Origin: an uncultured Bdellovibrionales bacterium
GTDB taxonomy: Bacteria > Bdellovibrionota_C > UBA2361 > CAZKXU01
DNA: 64,000 nt
Reading direction: 5' to 3'
Assembly (NCBI GenBank): GCA_964556665.1
Contig: CAZKXU010000001.1
Span: forward strand, 36,078 to 100,077
This document shows, one piece after another, positions 30,121 through 39,859 of the stretch. The position numbers and the translations under genes are program-made. Each line of letters begins with the position of its first letter. The first letter of the stretch is position 1. Under the pieces are notes generated by a model that was not told where the DNA came from, did no database searches, and saw only the letters and a program-made list of their open reading frames with translations.

Positions 30121-31038
30121 ATGAAATCACGCAGAAGAGCTACACTAATAGGCCTAATAGCAGTTTTCGTATGGGGGTTTGGCCTGCCTGTATCACGGTT
30201 TATTAACGAGCAGGTAGGATTTGTTTATGCAGTGTTCTCTATATTTGGTTTGTCAGGAGTGATAGGAATCACTCATCAATTATTTGTTGCAAAAACTCCA
30301 CCTCCTTTAGTCTTATTAAAAAATCCGGCGCTCTATTTCCGCTTAATGTTTTTTATCGGGCATGAGATATGTGTGCACCTTGCGATGTTTCTCTGCTCAA
30401 AACAGAACCTCGCATTTGTCATTCTCTTAAATTATCTTTGGCCAACCTGTGTACTGCTTTGTTCAATACTATTAGGAGAGTTAAAAATAACGAGATGGCT
30501 GATATTTATCTCAGGCTGCACAGTCGTGCTGCTTGGACTGACAAATGAGGTAGTTGGAATTGATTCCTTAACACTCAAGCTTTTTGAAAATAGACTAGAC
30601 TGCATTGCCTATCTTATAGTGATCTTAGGTGCGATCTCATGGGGAATGTTTTCTGCACTCTCAAGAAAGTATGAAGAGAGCGGTGGTGGTAGTGCGGTAA
30701 TGCCATATTTTCAGCTGATTGTAGCGTTATGCGCACTACTCTTTCTCTTTTTCCCAGAATTTCGCTTTGCATGGGATCTCACTCTTTCTGGATATGTGGC
30801 ACTATTCTGTATTTCACTAGGAGCGTTAGCTGCGTTTTACTCCTGGGATTATGGTATGCGAAAAGGGAATGTCGTGGTTCTAAGCCTATTTGCAGACTTT
30901 ATTCCCTGGCTATCCCTTTTCTCAGCGCACCTACTTGTATCTGTAAATATTGGGATTGATACTATTACCAGTGCGGTAGTCCTGGTAATAGGGGCAATGA
31001 TCACAAGGGCTGGGACGGCAGCTGGTAAATCGGCCTAA
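30121..31038 (+). CDS. Integral membrane protein (about 10 TM, DMT/EamA-like?)
   Basis: Hydrophobicity pattern only. Confidence 0.45.
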   Translation: MKSRRRATLIGLIAVFVWGFGLPVSRFINEQVGFVYAVFSIFGLSGVIGITHQLFVAKTPPPLVLLKNPALYFRLMFFIGHEICVHLAMFLCSKQNLAFVILLNYLWPTCVLLCSILLGELKITRWLIFISGCTVVLLGLTNEVVGIDSLTLKLFENRLDCIAYLIVILGAISWGMFSALSRKYEESGGGSAVMPYFQLIVALCALLFLFFPEFRFAWDLTLSGYVALFCISLGALAAFYSWDYGMRKGNVVVLSLFADFIPWLSLFSAHLLVSVNIGIDTITSAVVLVIGAMITRAGTAAGKSA

Positions 31039-31126
31039 TATTCTGAGGCATTTATACATACCTATTTTAACAAGTTAGTTAAATCCACAAGCAACAATTT
31101 TATCATTTTCTCGAATATATAGATAT

Positions 31127-31320
31127 ATAGTGAGTGACAGAATAACGTAGCGTTATTCTGTCACTCACTATAGCCAGGCCATGGGTGGCCAGGTCGGGCC
31201 GAAAGGCCCGGAGAACGGCTTGGAATGGGCTCTCGGGGATCCGTTCCAAGCCGTTCGAGGAGGGATTTAGCCATGGACGGCTAAATCCCGACAGCCAGAA
31301 TTCCGCTACGGAATTCTGGC
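31127..31320. repeat. Family B element, copy 2, opposite orientation and diverged terminal hairpin
   Basis: Starts with ATAGTGAGTGACAGAATAACGTAGCGTTATTCTGTCACTCACTATAG, ends with GCCAGAATTCCGCTACGGAATTCTGGC. The central GAACGGCTTGGAA...TTCCAAGCCGTTC hairpin is shared. Confidence 0.75.
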
Positions 31321-31356
31321 AATCATTATAGATCTTACTTTAGCTACTTTTCAGGA

Positions 31357-31767
31357 GTGTATATGAATAACAAAGGCTTTAGTTATGAAATTAGAGAGGG
31401 AGATATCCTGCAGTTCAGAGAGGATATTAATGTAATACCTGCGGGTGTATATCGGGTAGATGGGGTCGATGAACAGATGATATATTTTATGGCTGGGAAA
31501 AGCGCTGTATTTGGTGTGGAGAGAAGCTGTCAGGGAAAGATGGTGAAGCTCCCGCGAGAAAGCGGTAAAATAAAAATTACAGCGCTTAATTCCTTCTTAG
31601 AACGGTACTATAGAAATCTTAAGGCACGCAAAGGTAAAGCATGGTCAGTAACAGAGCTTGCATCTCTTCCCGTGACGATGTGTTTTATAGATCCATCTGT
31701 GGCAGCACTGTTTGAGGAGGAGTTATATAAGGAGGAGAAAGAGGGTCAGTGTGAAATAATGCACTAG
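31357..31767 (+). CDS. Hypothetical protein (136 aa)
   Basis: Clean ORF, no motif. Confidence 0.4.
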   Translation: MYMNNKGFSYEIREGDILQFREDINVIPAGVYRVDGVDEQMIYFMAGKSAVFGVERSCQGKMVKLPRESGKIKITALNSFLERYYRNLKARKGKAWSVTELASLPVTMCFIDPSVAALFEEELYKEEKEGQCEIMH

Positions 31768-31937
31768 CCACCCCTTCTCATAGTTTTTCAAATACCTATT
31801 TATTCCAACGCATTATCGATCAAGCAATAAAAACAACTATTCTCAAATAAAATGGAGCCGCCCTACTTTTCAACTATTTGGGAATTTGTCATCAATTAGA
31901 TTGCATACGAGTCAAAAATAATGTAGAATTTTGACAT

Positions 31938-33089
31938 ATGATCCAAAGGCTTATTAACCCATTGAAATCAAACAGCTTCTTCCTGTTTGGGGCACGTGGA
32001 ACAGGAAAAACATTCTTTTTAAAGAATTTTTTTAGTAAGGAGCAATATTTATTAATTGACCTTTTGAGCACCTCAAATCTAGCCCGATTTAGCGCGTACC
32101 CCGAGGAGTTGTCGAAGATAGTTAAGAGTCAAAAAGTAGAGTGGATCGTTATAGATGAAGTGCAAAAAATCCCTTCCTTACTCGATCTTGTTCATAAACA
32201 TATAGAAGAAGATCGACAAAAATTTGTATTAACTGGCTCAAGCGCCAGGAAATTAAAGCGTGGCGGAGCAAATCTTTTGGCAGGCAGAGCTTATGTAAAT
32301 TATATGTTTCCTTTAACTCATCGTGAGCTGGCTGAGAATTTTGATCTGCATACAGCTCTTGCATGGGGCAGCCTACCCAAGTCATATCTATTAGAGAATG
32401 ATCAAGAGAAGCGAGTATTCTTAAATTCGTATACAGACACATATCTTAAGGAGGAGATTCTGATTGAACAGATTGTGCGTAAACTTCCACCCTTTCAAAG
32501 GTTTCTTGAAATAGCCGCGCACACTGATACTGAAGAGATTAATTTAACAAACATAGCAGCAGATGTTTTAACTAGCCCTAAAAATATTCAGCGGTATTAT
32601 CAGATTTTAGAAGATACCCTTCTCGGATTTTTTCTTGAATCTTATCATACCTCTATTAGGAAACGTCAGAAACGTAGCAAAAAATTTTATTGGTTTGATG
32701 TCGGAATTATACGATCACTTACCGGTAGTATAGATAATAAATTACTTGTAAAAAGCTATGAATACGGCAAATTGTTCGAATCTTTCGTAATTAACGAGAT
32801 TAAAAGACTGCTAACCTATTCAGGCCGCAGATATGCTCTTTCATTTCTTAGAACAACAGATGGTCAGGAGATTGATCTTATAATAGAAAGAGCTGGCATG
32901 CCAACTTATCTAGTTGAAATTAAGTCAACTGATTTTGTACGTGAGGAACATGTTACCACCCTGAATAATTATCTGAAGGAGTTTAAAAATGCAAAAGCGA
33001 TCTGTTTGTCAAATGATTTAAGCAGTAAAAAAATTGGTGCAGTAGATTGCTTCGAGTGGAAGGAAGGAATTACTGAGATGGGGATTTAA
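31938..33089 (+). CDS. AAA ATPase with DUF4143-type C-terminal domain (COG1373-like)
   Basis: Walker A GARGTGKT, Walker B IVIDEVQ. Confidence 0.7.
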   Translation: MIQRLINPLKSNSFFLFGARGTGKTFFLKNFFSKEQYLLIDLLSTSNLARFSAYPEELSKIVKSQKVEWIVIDEVQKIPSLLDLVHKHIEEDRQKFVLTGSSARKLKRGGANLLAGRAYVNYMFPLTHRELAENFDLHTALAWGSLPKSYLLENDQEKRVFLNSYTDTYLKEEILIEQIVRKLPPFQRFLEIAAHTDTEEINLTNIAADVLTSPKNIQRYYQILEDTLLGFFLESYHTSIRKRQKRSKKFYWFDVGIIRSLTGSIDNKLLVKSYEYGKLFESFVINEIKRLLTYSGRRYALSFLRTTDGQEIDLIIERAGMPTYLVEIKSTDFVREEHVTTLNNYLKEFKNAKAICLSNDLSSKKIGAVDCFEWKEGITEMGI

Positions 33090-33360
33090 ATGGCTAATGG
33101 CTAGGAGATCGCTTATTGTTTTGTCTAATAAACCAAATCTCGGACATAAAAGTTAACAGTTAGTTGTGCTATAATTGAGTTGAAGGTGGCTTTGAAGAGA
33201 CGATAGAGGCAGTGAAAGATTAGGGGTGCAAAGTTAGATAGTATAAGTAAAGCACTGAGGACCGAAGGGATTTTAATACGTATTAGTGTTCTAGTATATA
33301 TAGGAACTAAGTTGCTGAGCATAAGCGCATAGTAGGAACTGTTGATTTTGGCTCTAAGCA

Positions 33361-33546
33361 CTAGTGCTCCTCCAAATAAGTTTTTTCACGTATAGCATCA
33401 CATCGTTGCCCCACCTTGTCACGCTTCTCAGTCGGAAAATCCTCGCAATACTCCAGTATTGCTGCGGATTTCCTCCTTCCGAGGCGTGCCAATCTGGGGC
33501 AACGCTGCGCGCTATACGTGAAAAAACTTATTTGGCGAAGCACTAG
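33361..33546. repeat. MITE-like element C2, inverted orientation relative to C1
   Basis: Reverse complement matches 4106-4292 with about 1 mismatch plus TIR tip variation. Confidence 0.85.
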
Positions 33547-33603
33547 TAGTAGGTTATAATTGGTGGCTTAGTGAACAGTTTGGTGATTACTCACTTAATA
33601 ATC

Positions 33604-36600
33604 CTATTTTATTCCATTTTTTTCGGTAAAATGATTAAGCCTTGCTAGAACATCATGAAAGTAGGTTGTATAACCTTTTTGAGTGCGCACAGCTAACTCT
33701 TTATCTAACATTGTAACAAGTATTGTTATATTATTAGCAGCTTCTGCAAGCTCACTAGTAGCTATTGCTGAGATGCCGTCTGCTAAAGGGGTTGAATCTA
33801 CAATTTTTGCTCTGCCATTTGCTGCTTGCATGGAGTTTAGAATGGCATTATCTGCAACTTCTCTTAACCAATCGGCTTGTGCGGTATCGATGCAAGATGC
33901 GGCGATCTCGACGGCAGATTTTCCATTACCAGATAAAAGCCAATTTTTGAGAGCCAATGCTAGTATTAATGGCTCAAAATAGGTCCCGTATTCTATATCA
34001 GAGTTATCCTTAAGTGTACCAAGCCATTCAGGTCGTAAGGTGTTGTCATGGTATTGTGCTATTTCGTTGCCTAAAATCTTAAGTAGTTGTTCCGTACTTT
34101 CAGCGCCGGGAGCACCTGGAGGCCAATACCATATATCGGGAGTATTATTGCCCATAATATGGCGCCAATCTGTGAATTTTGTAGCATATCTTTCTCTCAA
34201 GCTGTCCTTTGTACCGGGCTCTGCCCACTCTAGAACATCACGTTCACGTAAATCCACAACTTGTCGCAAGCACCTGTCCCCATTTAAATCTCCTAATTTC
34301 TTACCTCTAGTATTCGTAAAAAAAATTTCGTATGACTTAAACCCTTCAATTTGAGTCTCCGTTTTGCTACCGTTATGGTCAGAATAAACCCGGGTTGCTC
34401 TATTGCTTGAGGCATCTCTCTTACCATCCTCTGGGTTCAAAACGAACAGTCCGATAATACGTCCAATAGTTAAAGGGTCATTTGATACTCCTACATAGCC
34501 ATCCCCCTCTATTGCAGGTAGTACTCCACCATCCATATTCCTTCCTGCTCTAACCTGATCTCGCACAAACCAATACATTCCCTGTGCATCACGTAAATTA
34601 AAATTACCAGTTGGAGAATACACTCCTGATGCAAACGAAGTAGGCCTATCGTTATGAATGTACCATGGTGTTCCGTAAGGGCCTAACCATAAGCGAAAGC
34701 CACTACCTGCACGATCTTTCTCATAACCTGTCAGCCTGCCAAATTTTTCCTTTGCACATCTCTTTTTTTCAAATTCCTCAGTGCTTTTAGTTAGATCGCT
34801 TTTAATTTTAACTTCTAGCTCATTCTTTGCTTGGTCTGCTACGGATCTTATATTCTCATTGCTTGCAATCCTTGTAATAGACTCGTTAATAGACCTACCA
34901 ATCTTTCGAAGCTGCGCTAGCTGTGGGGGTATTGCTGGATCTTGCCTGCACAGTTCTGGAAATGTTGATAGGAGATCCAGAATTAAGCCAACCGCTGAGG
35001 CCCATTCTGTAGGGTTACACTTAAGATGCTTTTTCTGATCTTCTGATAATTTATAATGGTCACTATAACTAGCAGCAAATCCAAACATGTTCTCTACAGA
35101 AGTTCCATCGTCAAGGCAATCTGAAAAACGGTACGTTCTTGGCCCCTTGTAAAAGGCAGGAGTAGCTGCAGTTGAATTTGCATATTCGTTCAGTTCGATG
35201 ATCAAGCCTGCAGCCGCAAGGAGGTCCATCTCTCTAGTAGGGATTATATCTGCAGCATTCCCTGCCTTACGGAACGACTCTCGAATAATCAATCCTGTAA
35301 CAGTAACCTGAAATCTATTTAACATTCCGTGAGCATTGGTAACGTCCGCTTCCTCCTGATATTTACGTCCAAACCTTACATCTTGCTGCACCTTCTCTAT
35401 CATTTCCTGAGTGATCTGAGCTGCCTTAAGAATTGACTGAATTCCTGCTTCTATCTGTTTTAACTGTTCTTCTAGCCTATCAAATCGCTGATGCATCTCG
35501 GTGCGCATTTCAGATAGCAGCATGTTAATGTTATCTAAAGCAGAGAGGATTATTAAGTTAGTGTTTTGCTGACCCGCGTCTTTGTTTAATAGAGATAAAC
35601 CTAAATCTAGTAACTGCAAAGCTCCACCTAGCGTGGCAAAAGAAAGTATGTCCTTCGCAGTTTTAATGCCATCGATTAAAGTATAAGCACCTGAAACAAT
35701 CTTCCCAACTTTAAGGGCTTGATCGGCCAGGGAACTGCTCTTAAAGATATGCTTGGCAGCAAAATAAGCAATAGTAGTTGCCCCCTCAATCTCTCGAACA
35801 GTATCAGCGAGTTCTTCACGTTTAGCTTTTTCAAGTGCTTCGTCTCTTTTATTTTGTTTTAGCATTGCGAGTAATTCTGCCATTGTTTCTTTCTGACTCT
35901 GCAGCCGACTATTAAGTATTTTTAGAATATTCTCTTGTGCTTGCAATGCGGGGATGGAACCATCAAGCGCTCCTTTTGTTTGGTCTTCAACCTCTTTTTC
36001 TGCTTGAGTTGGTGTTCTGTCCGTAGGTATATTTAGCGCTTTACAAACATCGGCATCATTCAGAAGTGTATTACAAACTTCGTTCTCACCTACTTTTGAA
36101 GCAACTATGGCTAAGGATGTTGTAGCTAGTGCTGCAAGACGTTTGTCATATACTTCTTGGATCTGTTTGTCTGCATATTGATCACTAAGATAGACCGCTA
36201 GACCTTGGGTTAATAGACCTAGAACCTGAACAGGTGGTACTCTTGACAGGCCTAATAGCGTGCCAGAAGTAGTTAAGCTTCCTGTTGCAAGATTAAGCGC
36301 TCTTTGAGCCTCTAATTCTAATGCTTCGTCTCTCGCTGAATCAGGTGTATGTAGTGCTTTACATACAAAATCTAAATCTTTATTCTCAAACCTAGACTTG
36401 GGATCACAAACATACTCTTTTAATTCTTTTGCAAGGGCTTTACGTTCTTCTGGGTTGCTAGGAAGTTCTTGCGTACGTGCGTACACATAAATAAGTTTTT
36501 GGAGTGCGTTAGAGCTTAAACGCGGATCATTGCGTGTAGTCCATTCACGGTAAGCACTATCTACCTTTTCTCTTGCTGATAATATTACATTTAGCTGACC

Positions 36601-36765
36601 ACTGCCTGGTATTGCACCACCGTCTTCTGATGGGAGTAGCGGATTTAAAATAGTAGACGATATGGGTGTAATAGGATCCTTTGGAGTGTGCGGAATACAC
36701 AGCGCTGTTAGCAAGCAGAATGAAGCTCGTGCGTTACCTCTTGATGTAATGTTAAAGATTGCCAT
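33604..36765 (-). CDS. Large (1053 aa) coiled-coil-rich protein of unknown function; candidate secreted effector
   Basis: Long ORF, no enzymatic motifs seen. Sits between MITE copy C2 and the T4SS block. Confidence 0.55.
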   Translation of the reverse strand: MAIFNITSRGNARASFCLLTALCIPHTPKDPITPISSTILNPLLPSEDGGAIPGSGQLNVILSAREKVDSAYREWTTRNDPRLSSNALQKLIYVYARTQELPSNPEERKALAKELKEYVCDPKSRFENKDLDFVCKALHTPDSARDEALELEAQRALNLATGSLTTSGTLLGLSRVPPVQVLGLLTQGLAVYLSDQYADKQIQEVYDKRLAALATTSLAIVASKVGENEVCNTLLNDADVCKALNIPTDRTPTQAEKEVEDQTKGALDGSIPALQAQENILKILNSRLQSQKETMAELLAMLKQNKRDEALEKAKREELADTVREIEGATTIAYFAAKHIFKSSSLADQALKVGKIVSGAYTLIDGIKTAKDILSFATLGGALQLLDLGLSLLNKDAGQQNTNLIILSALDNINMLLSEMRTEMHQRFDRLEEQLKQIEAGIQSILKAAQITQEMIEKVQQDVRFGRKYQEEADVTNAHGMLNRFQVTVTGLIIRESFRKAGNAADIIPTREMDLLAAAGLIIELNEYANSTAATPAFYKGPRTYRFSDCLDDGTSVENMFGFAASYSDHYKLSEDQKKHLKCNPTEWASAVGLILDLLSTFPELCRQDPAIPPQLAQLRKIGRSINESITRIASNENIRSVADQAKNELEVKIKSDLTKSTEEFEKKRCAKEKFGRLTGYEKDRAGSGFRLWLGPYGTPWYIHNDRPTSFASGVYSPTGNFNLRDAQGMYWFVRDQVRAGRNMDGGVLPAIEGDGYVGVSNDPLTIGRIIGLFVLNPEDGKRDASSNRATRVYSDHNGSKTETQIEGFKSYEIFFTNTRGKKLGDLNGDRCLRQVVDLRERDVLEWAEPGTKDSLRERYATKFTDWRHIMGNNTPDIWYWPPGAPGAESTEQLLKILGNEIAQYHDNTLRPEWLGTLKDNSDIEYGTYFEPLILALALKNWLLSGNGKSAVEIAASCIDTAQADWLREVADNAILNSMQAANGRAKIVDSTPLADGISAIATSELAEAANNITILVTMLDKELAVRTQKGYTTYFHDVLARLNHFTEKNGIK

Positions 36766-37010
36766 AAATATATAAGACTAATAAAAATACTGAATTACAA
36801 ACTATTCTTTAGGAGGTGTAACATCCTCTTTCGATCGTTCATTTAGCTTACCTGAAGCAACAAATCTTACACTATTATAATCTTCTGATCCAATGGTTTC
36901 ACACGCCAATTGCGTTTCTAGCTGTTGTTGTAACCCCGTTAAATTTTTACCGACTAAATATATACTAGCTATCTTCGGGTAGTCACTATCTAAGAGTGGA
37001 TGGTACTAAG

Positions 37011-37119
37011 TCACTGGGACAGTTGCTGAATGCAACCTTGCGATGCTGGGACCGGGTATCTTGCCCGCAAACAAATTAGCTGCCTCTACGCTGCAGGCAA
37101 GATGACCGCTGCCCCAGGG
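37011..37119. repeat. Palindromic element family A, diverged copy 4
   Basis: CACTGGGACA...GCTGGGACCGGGTATCTTGCCCGC...GCAGGCAAGATGACCGCTGCCCCAGGGG, followed by TTTTTATT. Intergenic between the large protein gene and the M23 gene. Confidence 0.55.
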
Positions 37120-37145
37120 GCTTTTTATTGAATATACGATTAACT

Positions 37146-37658
37146 CTAGCCCTCAGCTTGCAAGGCTAATCCAGGAATAAACCGTTCCGGATCTTGAACC
37201 TCACCGTTTAGACGGATCTCGAAATGAAGGTGCGGCCCGGTTGAAATTCCAGTGCTGCCTACGGTGGCAATAATCTGTCCGGATTTAATCCGTTGTCCGG
37301 GCTTGATCTTGAATTTTTCAAGATGACCATAGTGTGAGGTCATACCGTTGGTATGCTTAATAGTGATAAAATTTCCGTATCCTTCGTAGGGATCGGCAAA
37401 GATAACTATTCCGCCTTGAATTGCTCGTACAGGTGTACCCGCAGGCGCAGCTAGATCAATGCCGTGATGATGGCGGGAAACTTTGAAAATCGGATGTTTT
37501 CGCTTGCCGTAGCCGCTCGAAACTCTTGGGCTCATTAATGGATAGACGAAGGCAGTTGACCCTCCAGTAAGGCCAAGTGGAAAAGCTAAGGCGAAGTTAC
37601 TTTCCAGCAACAGCACCAGAGCGAATAAGCTTAAAAGCATCATCCTCAGCTTGTGCAT
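37146..37658 (-). CDS. M23 (LytM) family peptidoglycan endopeptidase, secreted
   Basis: HHGIDLAAPAGTPV and HLHFEIR metal-binding motifs. Signal peptide. Confidence 0.8.
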   Translation of the reverse strand: MHKLRMMLLSLFALVLLLESNFALAFPLGLTGGSTAFVYPLMSPRVSSGYGKRKHPIFKVSRHHHGIDLAAPAGTPVRAIQGGIVIFADPYEGYGNFITIKHTNGMTSHYGHLEKFKIKPGQRIKSGQIIATVGSTGISTGPHLHFEIRLNGEVQDPERFIPGLALQAEG

Positions 37659-38643
37659 TGTATCCCTTAATTCTTAAGGCACCGGACGGACTGCTTTGTC
37701 CGTCTGTACCGAAAGCCACTACATCACTCGATACCCATGCTCGAGCACCTGTAGGTGCTAGCACTCGATACCACTCTCCCTGACGGGTTTCTATTGCCAG
37801 GCGAGTCCCCTTTGTCACAGCCATTAGTGGGGAGTTGTCTTTGCCTGGACCTGTACGAAGCTGTGCTTTGTCTACAATAATAGTAGCTATTGGCATCTCC
37901 TCTACCGGTTGGGCAACAGGCTGCTGTTTACGCTGCTGTGCCGGAGGATGCCGATTTACATTCACTGCTGCTACTGCTCCTAGCTTAGTCAAATTACTAC
38001 GATTGCGTGCTTCAAACTGTGAGGAGAGACGTTCTACTTCAGTTTCTGCCACCATAAGTCGATTACGAGTGTCATTTAACTCCCGACTGAGGCGCTGGAT
38101 CTTGGTCTTAGCCTCCTTCAATTCGCCATCTAAGATCTCCTTGCCTGACTTGAAGCTCTGAAGCTCCTTGGAGCTAGTACTTAGTGTTGTTAATGCACCT
38201 TTATGAGCAAGCTTAATCGCCTGCAGCTCATTCTTAAGACTACTGATTTCCTTCTCCTGTGATAGGGACTTAGCCTCCAGTCCTTCGAAATCAACTGTTG
38301 TAGCTTTAGAAATCTCATCAGCTGTTAGCACCTCACTTCTTGAATTCTCCTTCTTTGCGTTCTTTGACGGAGCTAGAGCAGCCATTTTTGAACTATCATC
38401 TCCTGAAATCTCATCACTTGCTATCTCGCTCTGCTCGGCCTTAATCTTTTTTAACAGTTCCTGCTCAGCAGCCATCAATTTATCTGATGTAGCATCGAGT
38501 GCATTGTCGGCTGCATTGGGATCGAGAGAAGAGAGCTTGTCTTTTATTCGCTCGATCTCACTATCAGTATCAAGTGCAAATGCAGGTGTGCTAACTGCTA
38601 TTGCAGTCACTATCAGAATTAAAAACGTACATCTTACAGCCAT
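37597..38643 (-). CDS. Secreted coiled-coil protein with C-terminal SH3b-like domain
   Basis: Signal peptide and long heptad region. C-terminal GEWYRVLAPTGARAWVSSDVV is SH3b-like. Overlaps the M23 gene by 62 bp in another frame. Confidence 0.5.
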   Translation of the reverse strand: MAVRCTFLILIVTAIAVSTPAFALDTDSEIERIKDKLSSLDPNAADNALDATSDKLMAAEQELLKKIKAEQSEIASDEISGDDSSKMAALAPSKNAKKENSRSEVLTADEISKATTVDFEGLEAKSLSQEKEISSLKNELQAIKLAHKGALTTLSTSSKELQSFKSGKEILDGELKEAKTKIQRLSRELNDTRNRLMVAETEVERLSSQFEARNRSNLTKLGAVAAVNVNRHPPAQQRKQQPVAQPVEEMPIATIIVDKAQLRTGPGKDNSPLMAVTKGTRLAIETRQGEWYRVLAPTGARAWVSSDVVAFGTDGQSSPSGALRIKGYNAQAEDDAFKLIRSGAVAGK

Positions 38644-38661
38644 AATAACTCCAAAAATATG

Positions 38662-39195
38662 CTAGGCGCTAAGTTTTTGAGGTGTCTGAGCATCAAGTTT
38701 CGCCTTCTTTTCACGCTCTTCACGCTCTGTTAATATTATCTCACGTACCTGATGAGGTGCTGAAATTCCCTCCATCGTTATCTCAATCCCAGCGACTGCT
38801 GCTGTTGCAACATCCACAGTGCCGACATTAAGAAGCCGTTGAACTAAAGATTGATCGGTCTCAACACTTCTTATGTCTTCAAATCTAATTCGGGTAATAG
38901 ACTGACGCATGCTCAATATTCCAACCCTAGCTTCGATGCCACGCGCATCTATGATATAACGCACGTCATATATCTTCAGAAGAAGATCGCATAATATGTA
39001 GAGCGGAGCTAACGTAAAGAGTGGAAGTGTTAGAAAAACTCTAGTCTGGCCTATGTCAAAAAGCTTTCCAGTTATAATGCTGTTAGGATAGTAGTGTGAA
39101 AGCAAGATGCAAGCGACACTACTAACAGCTAGGGCTATCAATCTCCCAAATTGAGAACGCCATGCTCGCGGAATTGTTACTTTGCCCTGTATCAT
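38662..39195 (-). CDS. Membrane protein with bacterial PH (bPH_2 / YdbS-T-like) domain
   Basis: Two N-terminal TM helices, then a PH-like domain. Confidence 0.5.
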   Translation of the reverse strand: MIQGKVTIPRAWRSQFGRLIALAVSSVACILLSHYYPNSIITGKLFDIGQTRVFLTLPLFTLAPLYILCDLLLKIYDVRYIIDARGIEARVGILSMRQSITRIRFEDIRSVETDQSLVQRLLNVGTVDVATAAVAGIEITMEGISAPHQVREIILTEREEREKKAKLDAQTPQKLSA

Positions 39196-39212
39196 AAAAT
39201 TCGATCTACTAA

Positions 39213-39560
39213 TTAATCCATTCCCAATATCTGCTCTATGTCATCAAGCTTTGAAGAGCCCTGCTGCTTAGGTTTTTGTTGAGGCAATTGCGAAGCTGCC
39301 TGCTTCGCCTTTAACCGCTTTATTTCGTCAGCAGTGCTTGCAACATCAAGATCCGCTTCCTCCCGGTCTAGATTTTGGAATAGGGATCCGCGTGGTGTAC
39401 TGACATTTTTGAATCTAGAATGAGTATCTCGTAGCTCAATCTTTGCTCCGGAGAAGCGTACTACTGTAAAAATGAGTGCGATTAAAATTAGAGTAACGAG
39501 ATTACGTCTCTCTGAAAAAGGAGCAATTACGTTACGTGCATTTATAAGACTCATAGGCAC
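39213..39560 (-). CDS. Small bitopic membrane protein, T4SS-associated by position
   Basis: One TM helix (LVTLILIALIFTVV). Sits in an operon with the VirB4-like gene. Confidence 0.35.
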   Translation of the reverse strand: MPMSLINARNVIAPFSERRNLVTLILIALIFTVVRFSGAKIELRDTHSRFKNVSTPRGSLFQNLDREEADLDVASTADEIKRLKAKQAASQLPQQKPKQQGSSKLDDIEQILGMD

Positions 39561-39571
39561 CTCATAAAAAT

Positions 39572-39856
39572 CTACTTCTGTTTCTTTTGCCAGCGACCCT
39601 GTCGGATTTCAACTACAGCTTCATGTGCCGGCCGGTAGTAATTTCCCTCAGGATCTAGGCCTGCTGGCACTTTTACTACATCAACTATCGGTTCTTGCCA
39701 AAGGTACGGTTGAGTCCCTTCCTTTCTCACCTCACGCACGACCGGAAGTGGAGCTGGGGCTGGAGGAGGAGGAGGCTGCTTCATACACCCAGACAAGATA
39801 GGCACAAGAACTAAACAATACTTTATTAATTTAATCATAATCTTTCCTCCGTACAA
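39572..39856 (-). CDS. Small proline-rich lipoprotein
   Basis: Lipobox ILSGC followed by PPPPPAPAP. Confidence 0.4.
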   Translation of the reverse strand: MYGGKIMIKLIKYCLVLVPILSGCMKQPPPPPAPAPLPVVREVRKEGTQPYLWQEPIVDVVKVPAGLDPEGNYYRPAHEAVVEIRQGRWQKKQK

Positions 39857-39859
39857 AAT

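Noticed and set aside
37597-37658. 62-bp overlap between the SH3/coiled-coil gene and the M23 gene interpreted as a pseudogene frameshift
   Set aside because: The M23 ORF has its own Met plus hydrophobic signal peptide immediately after the overlap, so two separate genes is the simpler reading. A frameshifted EnvC-like single gene cannot be excluded without reads.
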